Positions 23,672 to 34,089 of a DNA stretch of 34,089 nucleotides are shown in pieces (the first letter of the stretch is position 1; every line of letters starts with the position of its first letter). Under the pieces are notes generated by a model. It searched no databases and had not been told where the DNA came from. It saw only the letters and a program-made list of their open reading frames with translations. This DNA is from Octopus bimaculoides (taxonomy: Eukaryota): contig NC_069005.1 of assembly GCF_001194135.2 (NCBI RefSeq), forward strand, positions 18,651,885 through 18,685,973, in the 5' to 3' direction. The position numbers and the translations under genes were made by a program.

Positions 23672-25144
23672 CTAGCAGAAATACCCGGCTTTGCCCGGGT
23701 TAAAGAGAATAATGAAATCTAAAAACGCCGTCTAGACTACGCAACCCTCAACTGTTAGTAGCTACGATACCATATTTCTACATTAATAACTCTCCAATCC
23801 ATGCTAGCATGGAACATAGACATTAAGTGGAATGCCAGTCTCTCATCTAGGAGGGCCTTGAAATCAATGTTACCAACTGGGGACTATGTGTGTCGTAGTG
23901 ATAATAAAAAGACCCAAAGGAGGTCTGCAACGAAATAATTTTACTCAACACTTTGCAAGTGAATCAGTGGAGGCAAANNNNNNNNNNNNNNNNNNNNNNN
24001 NNNNNNNNNNNNNNNNNNNNNNNNNNNNNNNNNNNNNNNNNNNNNNNNNNNNNNNNNNNNNNNNNNNNNNNNNNNNNNNNNNNNNNNNNNNNNNNNNNNN
24101 NNNNNNNNNNNNNNNNNNNNNNNNNNNNNNNNNNNNNNNNNNNNNNNNNNNNNNNNNNNNNNNNNNNNNNNNNNNNNNNNNNNNNNNNNNNNNNNNNNNN
24201 NNNNNNNNNNNNNNNNNNNNNNNNNNNNNNNNNNNNNNNNNNNNNNNNNNNNNNNNNNNNNNNNNNNNNNNNNNNNNNNNNNNNNNNNNNNNNNNNNNNN
24301 NNNNNNNNNNNNNNNNNNNNNNNNNNNNNNNNNNNNNNNNNNNNNNNNNNNNNNNNNNNNNNNNNNNNNNNNNNNNNNNNNNNNNNNNNNNNNNNNNNNN
24401 NNNNNNNNNNNNNNNNNNNNNNNNNNNNNNNNNNNNNNNNNNNNNNNNNNNNNNNNNNNNNNNNNNNNNNNNNNNNNNNNNNNNNNNNNNNNNNNNNNNN
24501 NNNNNNNNNNNNNNNNNNNNNNNNNNNNNNNNNNNNNNNNNNNNNNNNNNNNNNNNNNNNNNNNNNNNNNNNNNNNNNNNNNNNNNNNNNNNNNNNNNNN
24601 NNNNNNNNNNNNNNNNNNNNNNNNNNNNNNNNNNNNNNNNNNNNNNNNNNNNNNNNNNNNNNNNNNNNNNNNNNNNNNNNNNNNNNNNNNNNNNNNNNNN
24701 NNNNNNNNNNNNNNNNNNNNNNNNNNNNNNNNNNNNNNNNNNNNNNNNNNNNNNNNNNNNNNNNNNNNNNNNNNNNNNNNNNNNNNNNNNNNNNNNNNNN
24801 NNNNNNNTTTCTCTCTCTGTGAAAGTATCTGTCATTACAGTATCGAAATGTGATTGTTTCAGTTAGTGGAATAGTTTCATTTTTAAAGTGAAAGTATTTG
24901 ACATGAGTGTTTTTGTTTCACTTTTGACACGTAATACTTAAATAGTGGAGGAGATATTATGTTGCTGTGGGCTCGAACTCTGGAAGAAGTTAAAATTTTT
25001 TTTTGACTAAAACACAACTGGAACCCTAAGTAAGGCATCTGTAAAATTTGAATGAAATTGGTTGCGTAGTTCTCGAGTTTTAGGGATTCACACAGACAGA
25101 CAGACAGACAGACAGACACACATTCTCATTTTTATATATATAGA
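23672..25144 (-). mobile_element. Non-autonomous Helitron (Lep1-like organisation) spanning an N gap
   Basis: Minus strand: A^TC 5' end at 25144, then tatatataaaaatgagaatgtgtgtctgtctg; 3' end has the hairpin acccgg-N6-ccgggt (23683-23700) and CTAG^T at 23675-23672. That both ends belong to one copy is inferred across the gap. Confidence 0.82.
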
Positions 25145-25804
25145 TTACATATATTTTTAGGATATATACATACATACAATCACGTACATATATGATATAT
25201 ACACACATACACACACACACGTGTGTGTGTGTGCGTGTGTGTGCGTGTGTATGTGTGTGTGCGTGTTTTATACTGTATATACATGTATAAAGGTTACTCA
25301 AATATGAGATGGCCTCTCCCACTGATTAACATCTGAAAAATTAATAAAGATTATTAACTGTTGCAACCAGTCAAAATGTTATGATGAAGTCACGTGATCT
25401 TGTAACTTCCCTCAAGTGGCGCAGACTTCGTCGAAATTTTAAAACTATGACGTTGGAAAAGTTTTAGTATTTAATTACTGTTGTTTAACGCCATCAGGTA
25501 ATTAGTTTCTTGTCATTTCGTAAGGCTTCAACAAGTCTCTCAATTATATTTACTTTGTACGAGTGGGAAATAGATGCTCCATTTTCCGACTGGAAAATTT
25601 ACCAGTAGAACAACAATGAAGAAAGAAAAGAAAGAAAGAAATTAAATACTCTATATGATGATGTATGACAGCGGTTCAAAACCGCGTTTTGCGTTGCGAA
25701 TTTTTCCAAGAACCAGGGGATCAGGCATGTAACAAAACACAATGAAGTGTATTATATATAATTTCATTATTACGTATATAATGCAAATGTTATTATTACA
25801 TTAT

Positions 25805-25909
25805 ATATAGATGTTTTCGATCTAGTTTGGATTCTTTACCATCAATTTTGAATTCTTTGCAATCAAATTTGATGGCAAAGAATCCAAACTAGAACGAAAG
25901 CATCTATAT
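25805..25909. ncRNA. 47-bp imperfect hairpin with an 11-nt loop; candidate pre-miRNA or small foldback element
   Basis: 25805-25851 pairs with 25863-25909 with one G-U wobble and three mismatches (A-A, A-C, U-U); the structure is certain, the function is not. Confidence 0.4.
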
Positions 25910-25957
25910 TATGCTCTTTATTTCTACTGCTATTGCATTGTGATAATACTAGCAATA

Positions 25958-26137
25958 AAGTGGCAACGACCGAATCGTCAACGCGCTGGACAAAGTGCTC
26001 AGCGGCAGTTCTTCTGGCTTTACTTTCTGAGTTCGAATTCCGCTGAGTTCGACTTTGCCATTTGTCGTTTCGTGGTCGATAAAATAAAGTACCATTTTAG
26101 TGCCGAGATCGACGTAATTCAATAGATCCCCCTCCCC
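25958..26137 (+). mobile_element. SINE, 2130-array family
   Basis: ttctgagttcgaattccgctgagttcgactttgcc...gtcgataaaataaagtacc. Confidence 0.8.
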
Positions 26138-26227
26138 TATACATACACAAGCATTATTTTATTGCCATATTGTTTCTGTGCGACCTGTTACCAAATGGTC
26201 CACGGCCCGGTGATTGAAGGCCGCTAG

Positions 26228-26419
26228 CATATACGAATAAGACGCATTCTCTTCCAAAAACAAAGTCTCAAAAAATTTCACCCACGGTCTTATATGCGAA
26301 GTTAGGATTCCTATAAGCTTTTACACACTAAAAATTCTTTCTTTACCTTGAATATGTTTTACTAAAATTGGGATACGTCAATGATGTGCCTGTGCGTCTT
26401 TTACGCCATCAAATATGGT
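26228..26419. mobile_element. Tc2/pogo-like non-autonomous DNA transposon remnant (MITE)
   Basis: cgaataagacgca (26234-26246) is inverted relative to tgcgtcttttacgccatcaaatatgg (26393-26418), resembling CCGTATT..CGTATAAGACGCA-type TIRs. Confidence 0.5.
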
Positions 26420-27547
26420 TATAAAGTTACTTTAAAATCTTAAAATTCTAAAATTTGTACAGTTAGTTAATATTTACATATATATACATCTGGTTGCCAA
26501 ATTTCATGTTTATCACATGTTTTGGCGTCAAAATATTTTTANNNNNNNNNNNNNNNNNNNNNNNNNNNNNNNNNNNNNNNNNNNNNNNNNNNNNNNNNNN
26601 NNNNNNNNNNNNNNNNNNNNNNNNNNNNNNNNNNNNNNNNNNNNNNNNNNNNNNNNNNNNNNNNNNNNNNNNNNNNNNNNNNNNNNNNNNNNNNNNNNNN
26701 NNNNNNNNNNNNNNNNNNNNNNNNNNNNNNNNNNNNNNNNNNNNNNNNNNNNNNNNNNNNNNNNNNNNNNNNNNNNNNNNNNNNNNNNNNNNNNNNNNNN
26801 NNNNNNNNNNNNNNNNNNNNNNNNNNNNNNNNNNNNNNNNNNNNNNNNNNNNNNNNNNNNNNNNNNNNNNNNNNNNNNNNNNNNNNNNNNNNNNNNNNNN
26901 NNNNNNNNNNNNNNNNNNNNNNNNNNNNNNNNNNNNNNNNNNNNNNNNNNNNNNNNNNNNNNNNNNNNNNNNNNNNNNNNNNNNNNNNNNNNNNNNNNNN
27001 NNNNNNNNNNNNNNNNNNNNNNNNNNNNNNNNNNNNNNNNNNNNNNNNNNNNNNNNNNNNNNNNNNNNNNNNNNNNNNNNNNNNNNNNNNNNNNNNNNNN
27101 NNNNNNNNNNNNNNNNNNNNNNNNNNNNNNNNNNNNNNNNNNNNNNNNNNNNNNNNNNNNNNNNNNNNNNNNNNNNNNNNNNNNNNNNNNNNNNNNNNNN
27201 NNNNNNNNNNNNNNNNNNNNNNNNNNNNNNNNNNNNNNNNNNNNNNNNNNNNNNNNNNNNNNNNNNNNNNNNNNNNNNNNNNNNNNNNNNNNNNNNNNNN
27301 NNNNNNNNNNNNNNNNNNNNNNNNNNNNNNNNNNNNNNNNNNNNNNNNNNNNNNNNNNNNNNNNNNNNNNNNNNNNNNNNNNNNNNNNNNNNNNNNNNNN
27401 NNNNNNNNNNNNNNNNNNNNNNNNNNNNNNNNNNNNNNNNNNNNNNNNNNNNNNNNNNNNNNNNNNNNNNNNNNNNNNNNNNNNNNNNNNNNNNNNNNNN
27501 NNNNNNNNNNNNNNNNNNNNNNNTATATATATATATATATATATATT

Positions 27548-27884
27548 GTGAAGGCGCGTGGCTTAGTGGTTAGGGCATTTGGCTCATGATCGTAAGGTCG
27601 TGAGTTCAATTCCCGGCGACGCGTTGTGTCCTTGAGCAAGATATTTTATTTCACGTTGCTCCAGTCCACTCAGCTACCAAAAATTAATTGTACCTGTATT
27701 TGTAAGGGCCAGCCATGTCACACTCCGTGTCACGCTGAAGACTCTGTTAAGGGTACACGTGTGTGTGGAGTGTTCACACATTTGCATGTTAAGTTCACAC
27801 ACTTGCATGTTAATTTCACGAGCAAGCTGTTCCGTTGATCGGATCAGCTGGGACCCTCGTCGTCGTAACCGACGGAGTGCTCCC
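27548..27884 (+). mobile_element. Full-length tRNA-derived SINE with a CORE-like centre and an internal 21-bp tandem duplication
   Basis: Head ggcgcgtggcttagtggttagg...gagttcaattcccgg (A and B boxes); gtgtccttgagcaaga central block; tail cgtcgtaaccgacggagtg; duplication 27773-27793/27794-27814. Confidence 0.9.
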
Positions 27885-28180
27885 ATATATATATATTCTA
27901 TCTATGGATCATATGGTGCTTTGTGCATATATATACATTCACGCACACACATGCATACACTCTCACACAAGCAACCAAAATACACACACGTATATACATT
28001 ATTGGAACCTGCAAGGTACAGGAATCTTATATATATATATATATATATATATACCATTCTGTCTAAATAATGGAACTGAAGATACAATATCCCTGCATAT
28101 CTCACGTCTATTTTCATTCACTTCACTCACTATTTCATATCTTATCTAGAATAACTATTGCTTAACCATTTTCTCACACC

Positions 28181-28228
28181 GTCTCCAATGAAGGGATATA
28201 TAAAATATCCCGGAAACAGCTGTAAGAC
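28181..28228 (+). ncRNA. Degenerate minimal type I hammerhead ribozyme within a probable Penelope-like pLTR (about 28050-28330)
   Basis: Stem I gtct/agac; core ccaatga versus CUGANGA (U4C, G5A); stem II gggatat-ataaa-atatccc; GAAA 28213-28216; palindromic stem III cagctg; GUA cleavage triplet 28222-28224. Confidence 0.72.
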
Positions 28229-28434
28229 CTCTTTTATAAATGTTATGAAATCTTTCACCGCCCGTTCTTTTTGTTGGCTTTAGCATTAATGCTCCAGATT
28301 ATCTGCTCTGCATTCTTTCTTTCAGTGTCCATATCATGCAAGAGAAGGATGTCGTGCGCGCGAACGTCTGTGTGTGTCTCTGTGTGTTTTGTTTTTTTGT
28401 CTGTTTGGGTTTTTTTCCTTTTCACATCTAACAT

Positions 28435-28818
28435 TAAGAGAAAGCGAGCTCTTCTGCAGCAAGACAATGCAAGACCACATACCGCTCGAACGACCCTGAA
28501 TCAGCTCGAGGCAATTGATTGCACACCCAACATACCCTCCGGACCTAGCTCCATCGGATTATCACTTGTTCCGATTCATAGCTCATTTTTTGCGCTTACG
28601 ATGCTTCATCCACCAAGAAAGGAAGCTTCAATAAAGAAATTCTTCGCTCCGAAAGACAAGAACTGGCATAAGCATGAGATCAAAGAACTAGCAGAAAGGT
28701 GGCTTGAGACGCTGCAACACGGTGGCCTATGCTTTCAATGCTTGGCTGAATTTGTTGTAACTTGATGAATAAACCAAATAAATTAGCAAAATATTGGAAA
28801 ACGTTTGACACAACACAA
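28435..28818 (+). mobile_element. Second mariner remnant: transposase C-terminal fragment plus TIR-like end
   Basis: ALLQQDNARPHTARTT...IKKFFAPKDKNWHKHEIKELAERWLETLQHGGL matches the mariner DDD-domain C-terminus. Confidence 0.88.
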
Positions 28819-28959
28819 TGAGTCCTTTCCAATGTCATAGAATTATAAGGTTTCTTAGTTGCCAAAACTCTTCCGAAGGGGGAACGCTCGACGAATGCAT
28901 TAGCATATAGAGTTCTAACACGAAGTTATTAGTATCGCTATACCTAAGAGAAATGTTGG

Positions 28960-29168
28960 TTTCAAATTTTGGCACAAGGCCAGCAATGTCTGGGTAAGGG
29001 TAAGTCGATTACATCGACCCAAGTACTCAGATGACACTTATTTTATCGACCCTGAAAGGATGAAAAGCAAAGTCGACCTCGGCGGAATTTGAATTCAGAA
29101 CGTAAAGACAGACGACTTACCACAGAGCATTCTGCCCGGTGTGATAACGGTTCTGCCAGCTCACTGTC
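28960..29168 (-). mobile_element. Well-preserved SINE, 2130-array family
   Basis: gtcgattacatcgaccc...ttttatcgaccctgaaaggatgaaaagcaaagtcgacctcggcggaatttgaattcagaac. Confidence 0.9.
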
Positions 29169-29484
29169 TTTCCTAAGCGAAATATTGAAATATATACATG
29201 TAATCTTTTCTGTTTGCACTCGTCTTTCATGTTTTTTTTGTTTGTTTTTTGTTTTTTTTTTCATTTGTATCCCTTGCAACACAAGCGATCGGGAGATTAT
29301 CGTAAGTGTCGAAATTCTGGTGATATTTGGTCGTTAACTGATGAGGTGTTTTGGCAGGTCCTCGTCTATCTCTTGTGTTGTTTCTTGTTATTCCGTGTGC
29401 TCTTTTGTTGTCTCCTGCAGCCAAATTGTTATTATATATGTATTTGTATATTTACATACACCGCACACACACGTGGGCGCGCAC

Positions 29485-29672
29485 ATGACAGGCTTTCGCA
29501 GAATATCCGGCAGCCAAATTTACACAGAAGTTATTGATCGTCAACCGAAGCTAAAGCAGCAGACATTTGACCAGGTCAGCCCGCATATTATAGCCCCGAG
29601 TAAACCAGGGACTGAACCTGGAACTACTTGGTTTGAAATTGAACTTCTTAAACACATAGCTATGACTGCACC
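29485..29672 (-). mobile_element. SINE 5' half, 6936 family variant
   Basis: gggactgaacctggaactacttggttt...acacatagctatg is a reverse-complement tRNA-like head. Confidence 0.7.
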
Positions 29673-29689
29673 TATTCATTGTTTCTACC

Positions 29690-30135
29690 AATCTTTTTCT
29701 TTTACTTTTTACTTCTTTCAGTCATTGGATTGCAGTCATGCTAGAGTAACGACTTCAATGGTTTTAGTCAGACGAATCAACCCCAGTATTTATTCGTGAC
29801 GTGTCTGATACTCACTCTATCTGTATTTTTGTTGAACTGCAAAGTTACCGGTGTGTAAACAAACCAACAACGGTTGTCAAGCGGTGACGTGGGACAAACA
29901 CGACACAAAGACAAAAACTCACAAACACACACACACACACACAGATAGATATTCTCGAACGTTGCCCGTGGCAATGAGCTTCTTTCAGTTTCCATCTATC
30001 AACTCCATTCAAAAGGCTCTGATTGGTTCGAGGAGGCTATACTAGAAGATGCTTGCCCGAGGTGAAGCATGGTGGAACTGAACTCGAGACAATATGGCTG
30101 GAAGGCAGTCTTCTTGCACAAGACAATATGCCGTT
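29690..30135 (-). mobile_element. Degenerate full-length SINE, 6936 family
   Basis: Colinear with 6936-7359: ttcagtcattggattgc.., ggttgtcaagcg, CA tract, gcttctttcagtttcc, ggaactgaactc. Confidence 0.85.
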
Positions 30136-31522
30136 GAAATACACTATTAAATTTCTTAATCAATATATACTGCCATTGAATATTCAAACCAATAATAACC
30201 AACGATGCTGCACATAATATGTCTCAAAAGTAATAGCAAACAACGTTCTGTTTCTCTATGGAAGCAACAAAGTAGAAGTTTCAATAACCGAGTTTTAATT
30301 CTTCCTGAAGGAAGAATCCTGTTGATTATGATTTAACCAGAGGGTTGTTGAGACAGGAAATGCTAAATAGATGTTTTATTAAAAGTACGCATTACATGTT
30401 AAATTCTTTACAAGATATTCAAACCTGCTAAATTGTGCAAAATTTACTCACATGCACGCTCATGCATTTGAATATATATACACATAGACATACAAATATA
30501 TACTCGCATATATGTGTTTGGGGGATGGGGGGCGTGTGCGTGTGTGCGCGCGCGCGTAGTGTGTGTTTGTGCGTGTGCGTTTAAGTATTTATGAAAACAC
30601 ATATCCATACACATATATCTGTAGATAAGTACAGACATGCGCACAGATAACACACATACAAATATAAATACGTATATATAGGTATATGAGTGCGTATACA
30701 AGTACACAGTTGTACATATACACACATACACAACATATACATGTATACAAATGCACATGTGCACATACATATACACAGACATACCAACCTACATACGGAC
30801 ATACATATACATACGCATATACATATACAGACACACACACACACACATACATACATACATACATACATACATACATACATACATTCTTACCGAATAGGTT
30901 CGCCTGCAGAGATGTATGGTTAATAACTATAATTATTTTCGTTCGTCAAAAAACGAAGAATCACCAGGTTTAAACATCAAATAAGGAGATAATTTGGGCT
31001 TTGGTCTCAACAGCCATGTTTAATCCATGCAACCATGTTGTTATTGTTGTTGTTGTTGTTGTTGTTGATGATGATGATGCTTTTGTTGTTATTGTAATGG
31101 CTTTTGTAGCTGTTGCTGCTATCGTAGCTGTTTCGATCGGCCACAAGTTTCCTGGAGGGGGGGGAGTGCGCACGTGCGTGTGTGTGTGTGTGTGTACGCA
31201 GATATTCATACATACGTATATGCATATATACAACAATAAAAGAAAAATGGATAGTTTAAACTGACATACATTAATTTATTAACATCATATATTATTGTTA
31301 TAATATAAAAATACAGTCCCTACAATTGTTTCAGTTTAAACTCTCCATTCACTCTAAACTCTCTATTTTCCTTTTATTATGGTATATTGTGTGTATAGAC
31401 CCATCTGTATTGGAGAAAATGTTTTCTACTATATTGGATATTAAACAGTTAACCAGTGAAAATTGGATGCTTTACATCCCTATAAGAGGAGCTTATGTCC
31501 TGGATCTTTTTAATATATATAT

Positions 31523-31553
<31 letters not shown>

Positions 31554-32758
31554 NNNNNNNNNNNNNNNNNNNNNNNNNNNNNNNNNNNNNNNNNNNNNNN
31601 NNNNNNNNNNNNNNNNNNNNNNNNNNNNNNNNNNNNNNNNNNNNNNNNNNNNNNNNNNNNNNNNNNNNNNNNNNNNNNNNNNNNNNNNNNNNNNNNNNNN
31701 NNNNNNNNNNNNNNNNNNNNNNNNNNNNNNNNNNNNNNNNNNNNNNNNNNNNNNNNNNNNNNNNNNNNNNNNNNNNNNNNNNNNNNNNNNNNNNNNNNNN
31801 NNNNNNNNNNNNNNNNNNNNNNNNNNNNNNNNNNNNNNNNNNNNNNNNNNNNNNNNNNNNNNNNNNNNNNNNNNNNNNNNNNNNNNNNNNNNNNNNNNNN
31901 NNNNNNNNNNNNNNNNNNNNNNNNNNNNNNNNNNNNNNNNNNNNNNNNNNNNNNNNNNNNNNNNNNNNNNNNNNNNNNNNNNNNNNNNNNNNNNNNNNNN
32001 NNNNNNNNNNNNNNNNNNNNNNNNNNNNNNNNNNNNNNNNNNNNNNNNNNNNNNNNNNNNNNNNNNNNNNNNNNNNNNNNNNNNNNNNNNNNNNNNNNNN
32101 NNNNNNNNNNNNNNNNNNNNNNNNNNNNNNNNNNNNNNNNNNNNNNNNNNNNNNNNNNNNNNNNNNNNNNNNNNNNNNNNNNNNNNNNNNNNNNNNNNNN
32201 NNNNNNNNNNNNNNNNNNNNNNNNNNNNNNNNNNNNNNNNNNNNNNNNNNNNNNNNNNNNNNNNNNNNNNNNNNNNNNNNNNNNNNNNNNNNNNNNNNNN
32301 NNNNNNNNNNNNNNNNNNNNNNNNNNNNNNNNNNNNNNNNNNNNNNNNNNNNNNNNNNNNNNNNNNNNNNNNNNNNNNNNNNNNNNNNNNNNNNNNNNNN
32401 NNNNNNNNNNNNNNNNNNNNNNNNNNNNNNNNNNNNNNNNNNNNNNNNNNNNNNNNNNNNNNNNNNNNTATATATATACAAATATCGTTTGGGAATTTGG
32501 TTTGCAAGATTCTTTATGTGAGTTCGTATGTGGAAGCATATTCTGTTGTGTCTGGGAAGAGTCATTCTCTTTTGGTGCCTTATAATTTAACACATTCACC
32601 GATAGCTTCCACTCATTTACATATTTATCTTTCTAAAATTTTCGTTGCGTCTTGGAACTTTTTCAATAGTTGTTGGGTGTCTGTTATCCGAGCTGCATTC
32701 TTTTTGCTTGTTTGTGCGCATGTGTGAGGGTCATTGAGTGTGGTCTTATGTATGAATG

Positions 32759-32789
<31 letters not shown>

Positions 32790-32910
32790 GTGTGTGTATG
32801 CATGTATGCATGTGTGTGTGCGTATGTATATATGTATGTGTATACATTTGTATGTATGTATTCTGCATATTAATGTGTTTGTGTGTTTTATGTATGTGTG
32901 TGTTTGCTTG

Positions 32911-32943
<33 letters not shown>

Positions 32944-33350
32944 ACCTCTGTCTTCTTGTATCTACAGACATGTAGATACAAGGAGACAGAGATACACTGT
33001 TTGCGTGCATGGGTTTTTAGTGACTATGTACTGTGTCTATGTATGGTTGTGTATCTCCATGTGTGGACGTGTGTCTCCATATGTGTCCTTGTATGAAATG
33101 AAGTGAAGTGTGTGTATATATGGTCATGTGTTTGTCTTCATTTGCGTATGTGTGTGTGTATATGTGCTTGTTTGTTCATATTACCTATGTACCTATCCGT
33201 CTGTATGTCTATTTATTTACTTTCGTATCCATTTGCCTACATACATGTGCATATACATATATACACACACGCATACATCTATATAAGAGCCCACTAACCA
33301 TTCTACCTGTATATAAATATAAACTGTGGGTATAGGGGTGTGATTATCTA

Positions 33351-34013
33351 CTACGTATATTTCCTATTTAGAAAAGGGGATGTTTCATTTATGAGGACGT
33401 GCTCCTGTATTTGTCTGAGGGTTGGAACCTTTGGGTGCTTGGATAAAATGCAGATATCAAGTTGACCTAGATTGCCTCCATGCTGGTCCTTAGCATCTTG
33501 GTAGAGTATGGAAGACTGTTTTTTGTCGTCATATTGTCTCAAATGTTCATTTAGTCTTTCCACAATGCTCCTAGATGTCTCCCCTTTGTATATCATGTTC
33601 ATGTCTTTACAAGCACATTCTATGCATCTTATACTATAGACTACATTTCTAGTTCTACAGTTAATGTCAGGGCTTATCCTACATACCATGCAGTTATCAT
33701 TGGTGCATATGGTATTCTCAAAGGGGTACATCCTACATATTTGTGATCTGATGGAGTTCCCTGGATTTTCAACAATCTTAATGTTGAGTTTGGTATCCTT
33801 CAGAGCTTTCCTAAATCTACAGGCTAGTTATCCATAGGCTGTGGCCTCTACAAACATCACTCCTTGATGTTTGTCGGTTTTATACCACGTGTTCACTCTG
33901 TTTGCTTTGTCACAAGCTCTTTGTATTCTATTCCAGTCTTTGCTTCCATATCTAGGGCAAGTACCACTGGTTTCATTACATATAATGTTATCTAACTTCT
34001 TTCTAGCACACTT
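33351..34013 (-). mobile_element. Penelope-like element fragment (linker plus GIY-YIG endonuclease; Neptune/Naiad-like), interrupted by one stop
   Basis: Frame: ..NTWYKTDKHQGVMFVEATAYG*LACRFRKALKDTKLNIKIVENPGNSIRSQICRMYPFE..CTNDNCMVC..CRTRNVVYSIRCIEC..YKGETSRSIVERLNEH..RQIQEHVLI..PFLNRK; VVY/YKG, R..EH, E and N are GIY-YIG motifs; TAA at 33830-33828. Confidence 0.9.
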
Positions 34014-34036
34014 TTATACTCGAACCCTATATGTGT

Positions 34037-34089
<53 letters not shown>

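Noticed and set aside
25376-25452. 9-bp stem gatgaagtc/gacttcgtc followed by GAAA and the palindrome ttttaaaa, as a third hammerhead
   Set aside because: The core matches CUGANGA poorly, stem I does not pair in register, and there is no UH triplet.
27548-27620. tRNA gene
   Set aside because: It has A and B boxes but no paired acceptor stem, and it continues into a SINE body; it is a SINE head.
30290-30430. Possible acceptor ttttaattcttcctgaag followed by a 40-codon frame, with a 7-bp hairpin
   Set aside because: No homology or donor support; the signals are expected by chance.
32470-32720. Complex sequence recalled as an octopus repeat, possibly a PLE pLTR fragment
   Set aside because: No ribozyme core, ORF or second copy is visible in the window, so it cannot be classified without a search.

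Overview
Eukaryotic (animal) draft-assembly DNA. It is AT-rich, saturated with microsatellites, and has 15 N-gaps, most of them flanked by simple repeats. The repeat families resemble those I recall from octopod cephalopods such as Octopus; this is from memory, not a database match. No intact host protein-coding gene can be supported, and nearly all ORFs in the track are microsatellite or N artefacts. The recognisable content is transposon-derived: at least three groups of tRNA-derived SINEs, including a head-to-tail array at about 2.1-3.3 kb; an RTE LINE fragment; two R4/Dong-type restriction-like-endonuclease retroelement remnants; two mariner transposase remnants; a non-autonomous Helitron with both termini; a Tc2/pogo-like MITE; and a Penelope-like element GIY-YIG fragment. 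The most interesting unannotated signals are: two degenerate minimal type I hammerhead ribozymes (6302-6348, 28181-28228); three long hairpins (5757-5866 and 22257-22340 perfect, 25805-25909 pre-miRNA-like); a 560-bp unclassified element embedded in (TAA)n right behind the Dong element; and a 1.3-kb unique segment ending in a consensus splice donor (13799-15098) that may be a non-coding first exon.
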